A stretch of 64,000 nucleotides of DNA, from positions 1 to 64,000 of the forward strand of contig CT868452.1 in the NCBI GenBank assembly GCA_000165425.1. The letters are read 5' to 3'. Under the pieces are notes generated by a model, which saw only the letters and a list, made by a program, of their open reading frames with translations, made no database searches and was not told where the DNA came from. Positions 53,684 through 64,000 of the stretch are shown in pieces; positions within the stretch are counted from its first letter, which is position 1, and every line of letters starts with the position of its first letter. The translations under genes and the position numbers were made by a program. Origin of the DNA: Paramecium tetraurelia (lineage: Eukaryota).

Positions 53684-56540
53684 TCATTTCTAATTTTCCC
53701 ATTCTTTAAGATTGTCTTCTAAATTTTTTAATGGCACTTCCAATCCTGTCTATAAGACCTATGCTGTTAAATCATAGGCAGGTTTAACGATGAACTAATT
53801 GGTATATAAATGAAATATACTTTGATGAATGAAATTTCTTATTTGGCTAATAATTAATTGAAATTTGGAGTTCCTAATGGTAAGAAATGCTGAGTAATAG
53901 GTAACGATAGTTGTTTCTCTTCAGCAACCTAATCTGAAAATTCAGTAGCGATTCGATTTGACCACTTCTATGCCATTTTGAATGTTTTAGATTACATGGT
54001 CAAATCACAAGTATGGACAATAGCACTGGATAGGAACTTTTTGTCTTCTTCCTTTTGTATAAATGGCTCATCAGGAAGTTTGGATAACTTGAGTTCCAAT
54101 AGTTTGACTATCTCGAAGTGTTTCTTCATGTCTGTTCCCAAGATATTGGCAATGGCATATTTTCTAAATATCTAACATTGATCCTAACTAAGGGAACTCA
54201 GAATATTGTATTTTTCTTTTTAAAGTATCTTAAACATCACTGAAGCATGATGATTTTCTAGTACAGATTCATCATTATATCTCAATGCTAATTTGGATAA
54301 CTTTTGACTCTCGAAATGATTGTTACGTCCCGTATGATCAATATCATGACATAAAGCAGATAGTAAAGCAGTGAATTAAATGAATTTATCAAAGTATTGA
54401 TTCATGCTTTTACTCTTTATGATGTAATAACAAGCATGAGCAACAGTGAATCCATGATCATAGTTATGAAATGGGTTCTGTCGATAACTATACTTTTCTT
54501 GGACAATAACAGTGAACTAGTAAAATACTTCTTTGTTGATTTGATAAAGATCTATGAAATTGCACAAATGAAATAGAGCCCATGTATATCTTAATTATTC
54601 ATGTTTGTCTTGAACAACAGTGATGTCAAAAGAATAGTCACTAAGATTAGAAATGTCATTGGCATCTAGAGTATAAAGATCGAATTCTAATTTAGATAAC
54701 TTAGATACTTTTGATGTTTGTAAGTTCAGTCTCAATTATATACTATTGACTTCTTTGGACTGGATTTTTTATATCTTTGATTGATTCAGCCTTGTAATAT
54801 TCCATCACATAAGATGATCTGATGTCATCAGTAATTGATTATTAATTATACACTTCTTTCAGTATGTCTTTCTCTTTCAGTAAATCAATGATTTCCTCAT
54901 CAGACAAATTAACCTTAAGATACTCCCTCATCACTATGCATGCTTTAGATAGCTTCTCCATTTTGATATTAATTAAAGCTGCCTTGCTCAATTCTTGCAA
55001 TTTGCTTTCACTCGACATTTAAGCAGATATCCTGTGATCATCCTCAAATTTTCTTTTATAAAATTAAAGTTACATACTTTTTAGGTGCATTAAACACTAT
55101 GTAATAGTCAGTAATCTCATCCTCTTCGTTTCTTTTGGCAAAGAGATCAACATCTACTGCTTTGTCGCTGAAACAAATCTGGCAGACACTGACAGCTCCT
55201 TTGACTGAAGACTTCAATTCCTGCATTTTTTGGATGAGACTCTGCTTGTTCACTTACTCCAATTAGAGATCTTCCAATGAACCTCCCTTGATCAACATGA
55301 AATACCAAGAATCAGGGATACAGCAACTCTAATATCTTATGTTTCTATCTCCATCTAATTAGATGTATAATTTATTTGGGGAATTGACCTCAAGCATTTG
55401 TTTCAGGAACTCCTCATTCTTCAAATCCTTCAATTAGTATGTCAGTCTCTACCATAATTGTTGAATCTAGAATTCCTTTTAGATAATCTTACATAATCAC
55501 TGAACGTAATCATATCTATGTTTGGAGATTCGATCTTAATGTAGTATTTGATTTTTTTGTCCAATTTAACTGGCAACACAACATAACCATGCTAATCTAT
55601 GATCAAATCATTCATGTATTATATTTGATCTGGCATTTCGATCCAGCTGTATAATAATTACAACACTCATACCATTGACTTGACAGCACTTCCGTAACTT
55701 ATGATCGAATAATTTCTTAGCAAATCCTCGTTGAGTTCTTAATGAACCTTGACTTGATTCCTCTTATGATACTCACTAGGTTTTCTTTGCTAGATGTTAT
55801 AGATATAAATCTCACTCATATATTTCTTTTTGAAAATCGTAAGCAAGTGAAATAAACTGATCCAATATCAATCTATAATCTGGGAATGCCTTAAATGGTA
55901 CATCCTTCACATCGTAAATCAAGTATGAATACTTGTTTTTGTACACATATAATTCATTTGTACCGAAGAGGTTATCGAGTTCACTTCCATTCACGTTGGT
56001 GCTCTCCTTGAATTTTAATAATTTCTGATAAGCATTCTCAAATTCCTTTATGTGAGTTGACATCCCATTCACTTTCTTGTTTATCTCATAAATAACTGTA
56101 AATGCAGGACTGCCCAAAATTAAATCTGCTATTTGCTGCAAGAATTCTAAACAGTTTTCAGACATGAGTTGCATATTCATAGTGTAAAAAAGGATGGAGT
56201 CTAGTTTCTTGAAAAAGTTCTAAGAAATTTGATGAATTCATACCATGAAATCTTCAATTTTCTTATCTATTTGATGACACAACTATTATTGCAAAATTCA
56301 GATTTGACTTTGTTCGCGTTAACATCATCTTCCTTAAATAATATGTATGAATTACCTCACTCGACTCTAATCACTGTATACGATATTTAGAAACTAAAAC
56401 TCTTCCAACATCTTTTGAAGGTGATGCAATTTACTCAATTGTTTCAAAGATAAACTGATCGTCTACTTATCTGATATTATCTAAGTAAGCAAATCATCTG
56501 TGAGACTGAAAGAGTCCACAAATCTCGTAGTTAAATTCAT
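53684..56540 (-). CDS. Class I cyclic nucleotide phosphodiesterase with long N-terminal (possibly GAF-like) region
   Basis: NPFHNYDHG, ALCHDIDHTGRNN, YNDESVLENHH, ILGTDM, HTCDL. Confidence 0.92.
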
Positions 56541-56614
56541 TTAATTAAATTATTTATGGGAAAACCTAGATATTTTTTAAATTAATAAGGAAACTTAAAA
56601 AATATAAAAAATAA

Positions 56615-58128
56615 ATGCAATCATCTGATAACCTCCTTGTTGATGATTTCCATCAAAACTTTCTCATCTTTTACGCCAAAGCCAAAGACATTACCAATGT
56701 TAGATTTAATTATATGAGAGAATTGTACAACCTTGGAGTGGATTCTTTCCCTGACAATCAAGAAGTCTTCACTATTCAACAAAATAACAAGTTGAATTTG
56801 CAATCTTAATAAAACAAGCTGAAAAAGAACTGGACAGATGATGATAAAAAGGTGCTCATATGGTTGGTTGGCAAATGGACCGCCTTTAATAAAAGAGACA
56901 TCAAATCTATAGTATATCAATTCAACTCTATTTGAAGAGCGATGCTGACTGGAATTCCATTGCCAGCATGATGCCAAGGAGAGACGCCTTCAAATGCAAA
57001 TAGAAGTGGCTTCAAATGCTCAAACTGCCCTTGTAACAAGCTCCATGGACCCTCCCTGAAGATGAACTTCTCAGATCCATAATATATGACTACCAAAATT
57101 AGAACAAAGGAAACAAATGGAGTCAGATTGCCACCACTCTAAACAAAATCAGCCAATCAAATGTGCATAGAAATGGTAAATAGTGCAGAGAACGATGGAA
57201 CAATCATCTCAATCCCTTCATCAATAGGTATTAATAACATGTAAATATTATCTACAAGAAATCCTTGGCAATTGAATGAAGATTTGAATTTGTTAGAATT
57301 ATCCATCTAAAATGGGAAGAAGTGGGCCTTGATTTCAAAAAAACTAAAAATACCAAGAAGTGAGAATAGTGTCAAAAATAGATTCAATTGTCTCTTAAGG
57401 AAGGAACGAAGTCAAAAAACAGGGTAGGCTATATTAATTATAGAAGGAAAAAAGATGAAGAAGAAAGTGAATCAGAAGAATCTAAGATTTCGAATTTTCC
57501 ATCCGCAGAGGAGTTGAATCACGATGAAATCAAACTCATACACACAATCATCAAAAAAATAGAGTGGAGAATCCAATAAAGTGAAAACCTCCGAGAAAAT
57601 GAACAGAAAGACATGGTCAAAGAAGAACACCAAGATATTGTTAAAAAAGTAAAAGTCGAATCTAATTTACCTCCAAAGAGGGAATTAAGATAATCACAAC
57701 CTATCCCTAAAAACTAGGATAAAATCAACCTAGAAATTAAAGACTGTCAACTCTCAGAAGTTGAAATCAGCACACTTCAACCTTGCTTAATTAATAAAGA
57801 GAAAAATTAAATATTTTTTGTTTCCCCTGAACAACTCCATCTTTATCTAAACAAATCAGATATTAGTTAATAAAGTACCTTTTAAGAAAACAATCTGTCC
57901 AATCAAAACAGTCTAGGTTCCTATTTTTATGATCCAAAACTATACCGATCTTACGTCATGATGCAATAAACTGAATATCCTCAAATTTAGAGTGGAGTTT
58001 ATCAGTAAAGATCTATTCTTAATCCTAATGTGTTGGGAACTTTCCCCAGTATTAATAACTATCCCTTTTCTATGAACATGTCAGCTTATCCATCTCAAGC
58101 AAACTTGATGGCTCCATTACAAAGATGA
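56615..58128 (+). CDS. Myb transcription factor with three repeats
   Basis: KNWTDDDKK, CKQKW, PWTLPEDELL, RNGKQCRERWNNHLNP, KKWALISK..RSENSVKNRF. Confidence 0.9.
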
Positions 58129-58178
58129 TCATATATATATTATATTTATCAATATTATTAACAAACAATTTATTCATT

Positions 58179-60900
<2,722 letters not shown>

Positions 60901-60942
60901 AAACCAAAACTTATAATTAATTTAATCTTTGAAAACTCGAAA

Positions 60943-62819
60943 ATGCCATAAACTCAACAATTATTGTAGATGGTCTTGGTATTTCTAAGGGATCAAAAAT
61001 TATACAAGAGTCTTCTGCATTTGGAACTGGAGACACAAGTAACTGATTTTCGTATCATCCTAATTACTAGATTTCGATAGACAACTACACAAGAGAATTA
61101 TCATTTCTGAGATAGCAAATTTTGGATGGCAATTTTATTGGGGCAGAACAATATCTCCAGCCATTGAAAACCAGATTGAATGATCAATTTTCGTATGTGT
61201 TGTTGGAATTGAAGAAACAATAATATTTTGAATTGATAAATGCAAAACCAGATGTAGAGATACTTATAACATTATTGCGACAAATCGAATAATTGGCATC
61301 GTCAGAAGTGTATAAAAACCTTTGTTATTTTTTGACGCTGTCTTGTATCCGCGATCATCCAGACTTCGGCGATTGGAGCATTGAGAAGGTAAAGATCGAG
61401 TGTCTCTAATCTTTTAGGGAAGACTAGATTGCTTCGAAGGAATTGCCTCAGTGCTTAAGAATTTAGGTAAAACTTTTCGCATAGAAAAATACAATGGCAT
61501 TACACTTCAACAATTATACGAAAAAGTCGAAGAAGATGAAGAAAATAACAAACATTCCAAATGTATTAGTAATACTTATAGAATATTAGTTTACTCCAAA
61601 AAGAAATCCCAATTCCAAATGCAATAGTCTAGTTCCTCATAATTGCCTGTTGACTTCGACAAAAATATCATCATAGAGAAATTGCACATCTCAGACATCA
61701 ACGAAAATGATCAATCAATGATAAGGAAGGAAAGTATTTTGAACTCTACTCCACCTCACAGCAATAGCAGTATACAGTCACAACTCTTTAATTATAAATT
61801 TGATGAAATGGATTAAGTTGCCACATTGTCAGACACTCATCCCATCAGAGCAGCTGCATTTTCATCAGATGGTGAAATGTTTGCAATCGGAACCAATTCC
61901 AAGAGTCTCAGGATCTTTTCAATGAAATCTGTATTGCAGGAAAGTCAAGTTGAAATGTAGATGGAAAAGTAAAACCATCATCAAGGATCTATCTATTGTA
62001 TAGATTGGAGTAGATCAGGAAGATTGATAGGAACTGGAAGCAATGATAAAACTGTTAAATTGTACAATGTAGAAGATGAAACAGATTTCGTTTTGATTGG
62101 TCACAGGGGTTTAGTAAGATCAGTATGCTTCAGTGATGAGAATCGATTGATGTCAGCTGGATAGGATGCTGTTATCAAAATATGGGATGTGGAAACTTAA
62201 AAATGCATTCGAAATCTCGAAGGCCACACATAAACAATATATTGGTATCCATATTAAATATAATGTTGATAGTCTCTAGACTGCAGGAGATGGATCCTAT
62301 CAAGTATCGTGTGGTATGGATAGGACTTTGAGAATCTGGGATTAGAGAACTAGCAGGGCCTAAGGAGTAATGACCATGCAAACAGAAATTAATTATGTTT
62401 CCCTGTCAGAATCAACAACCAATTATAATCTATAAAATTTAGTGAAGGGATCCAAGAAGGCTCCTTAGTTCTCATCTTAAGGATTGGCAGTACTTGCTCA
62501 TTCTGATGGCGTAGTTTCAGTTTGGAATATTCAACATTAGAAGTGTGTAAAAACATTGAAACATCATACTATGGATTGTAGATGTGTTGAGTTTGATCCA
62601 ACAGGTAGATATATCTGTAGTGTATCATTTGATTCAACTATTGCCCTTTATGATTGGGAACAACAGAAATTAATTACTTAAATTACTGATCACGAGGATC
62701 GAGTAGTCTTATGTAAATGGCATCCATTCTATCCTTTTATTCTGAGCACATCAGCAGATTGTACTGGTAGAATATTTGCTCCTCATGGTTTTTTAGTATA
62801 ATTAATGAAATCTTTATGA
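60943..62819 (+). CDS. WDR47: WDR47-like LisH/CTLH plus WD40 protein
   Basis: FLRQQILDG..YLQPL, DTHPIRAAAF, FAIGTNSKSLRI, HHQGSIYCIDW, TGSNDKTVK, HEDRVVLCKWHP. Confidence 0.82.
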
Positions 62820-64000
62820 AATAATTAAAATATTATCATTAAAAACTCTTATTTAGGATAGACCATATTATATTATTAATTTATTCAGTATAAATATATA
62901 TAATATCATTAAACAGAGATAATAAAAATCTATTAAATTTAAATTTGAAGTTGAAGGATTTCGCTATTGAATATGCTGCATTAATGCAATAGAGTTTTTG
63001 CTATTTAAATATTAGTATAGTTGCACTTGAGCATCAATCTCAGTTTGAATATTTAAAAATGATCTTCATGGTTCAACGATGAATTTCCAAGAATAATTAT
63101 CAACTTACTAATTGCAATGAACTCTAATATTTTTGCTTATTCTTGATAATACTTGATCTTATCTGTTTTAGAATCAAAGGTCCTACAGTAGATTTCAATC
63201 CTCCTAACTTCTAAAGTAGCAATTCCGCAAGTTCTTGTCTATCTTCGTTCAAAAAATAGTAAATCATTTGAATCTCTGAAGCAAGTTAATAATTGGAAAT
63301 CAATGCTTAGAAAAATTTGAACTAAATCTGGACAATACCTCATTTCAAAATCCTTTAATAAGCGAATAATATAGTTATAAATCAAAATTCTTTCTGCATC
63401 AAAAGTATTCATCCTAACCTCTTTGGCATATCTTCAGAATTAAATGGATTAATAATCAAATTATTTATCATCTTTATGTAATTGGATACAAAAATATGTA
63501 TTAAAAATAAAATCTCCTTTTCTGATAATCAAATAATAATCAATATATTATAGAACCATCTCAATTAAATGCAGAAATACTGTAATAGGTATATTAATGT
63601 GATATTATTAAGATATCCTCGATTCAATAGAAAATTAGTTGATAGCCTATTTTCTCCAAAAGTATAAAAACAATCAAAATAAAACACACTTTTAGCATAA
63701 AAATATATGGATCGCTTTTTGAATTTAAGAACTGATTAAAACATTTACATTAATTAATTTAAATAGGTATTATACTTGTATTAAATCTTTAGTAAAATTA
63801 CCTTTTTCATATTGTTAGGTAATATTTTTGTTAATCATTTAAATCAAATTAATTAAAAAAATAATTATCCATCAGATTTTTCTTTCTAAATAAAAAAAGG
63901 AGAAACGTGTAATGTCGTTAACTCATCCCTATACTAAAGGCTAATAAATTTTCTATGGTTAAATCTATAAAAAATATTAATAAAAGAGTTTATGATAAAC

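Overview
This window is the left end of a Paramecium-type ciliate macronuclear chromosome. It starts with C3A3/C4A2 telomeric repeats, is very AT-rich, uses TAA/TAG as Gln with TGA as the only stop (translation table 6), and has ~20-30 nt GT..AG introns. The supplied standard-code ORF track therefore fragments or misses most genes; all translations below were read by hand in table 6. Directly behind the telomere lies a ~9 kb gene for a giant GVIN/VLIG-type GTPase fused to a Cys/His cluster and a C-terminal vWA domain. From 9.3 to 17 kb is a junkyard: a PP4 pseudogene, Cys-rich and RING remnants and a probable decayed non-LTR retrotransposon surround one intact, highly divergent alpha-like tubulin. 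From 17.3 kb onward the DNA is densely packed with genes, including UTP15, a double cytochrome b5, phosphomevalonate kinase, a centrin, kinases, dNK, an RsmI homologue, tRNA-Ala, a BAH-PHD protein, an amino acid transporter, CFAP57, JMJD6, a CD36-like protein, a PDE, Myb, WNK and WDR47. Boundaries may be off by a few bases. No database searches were run.
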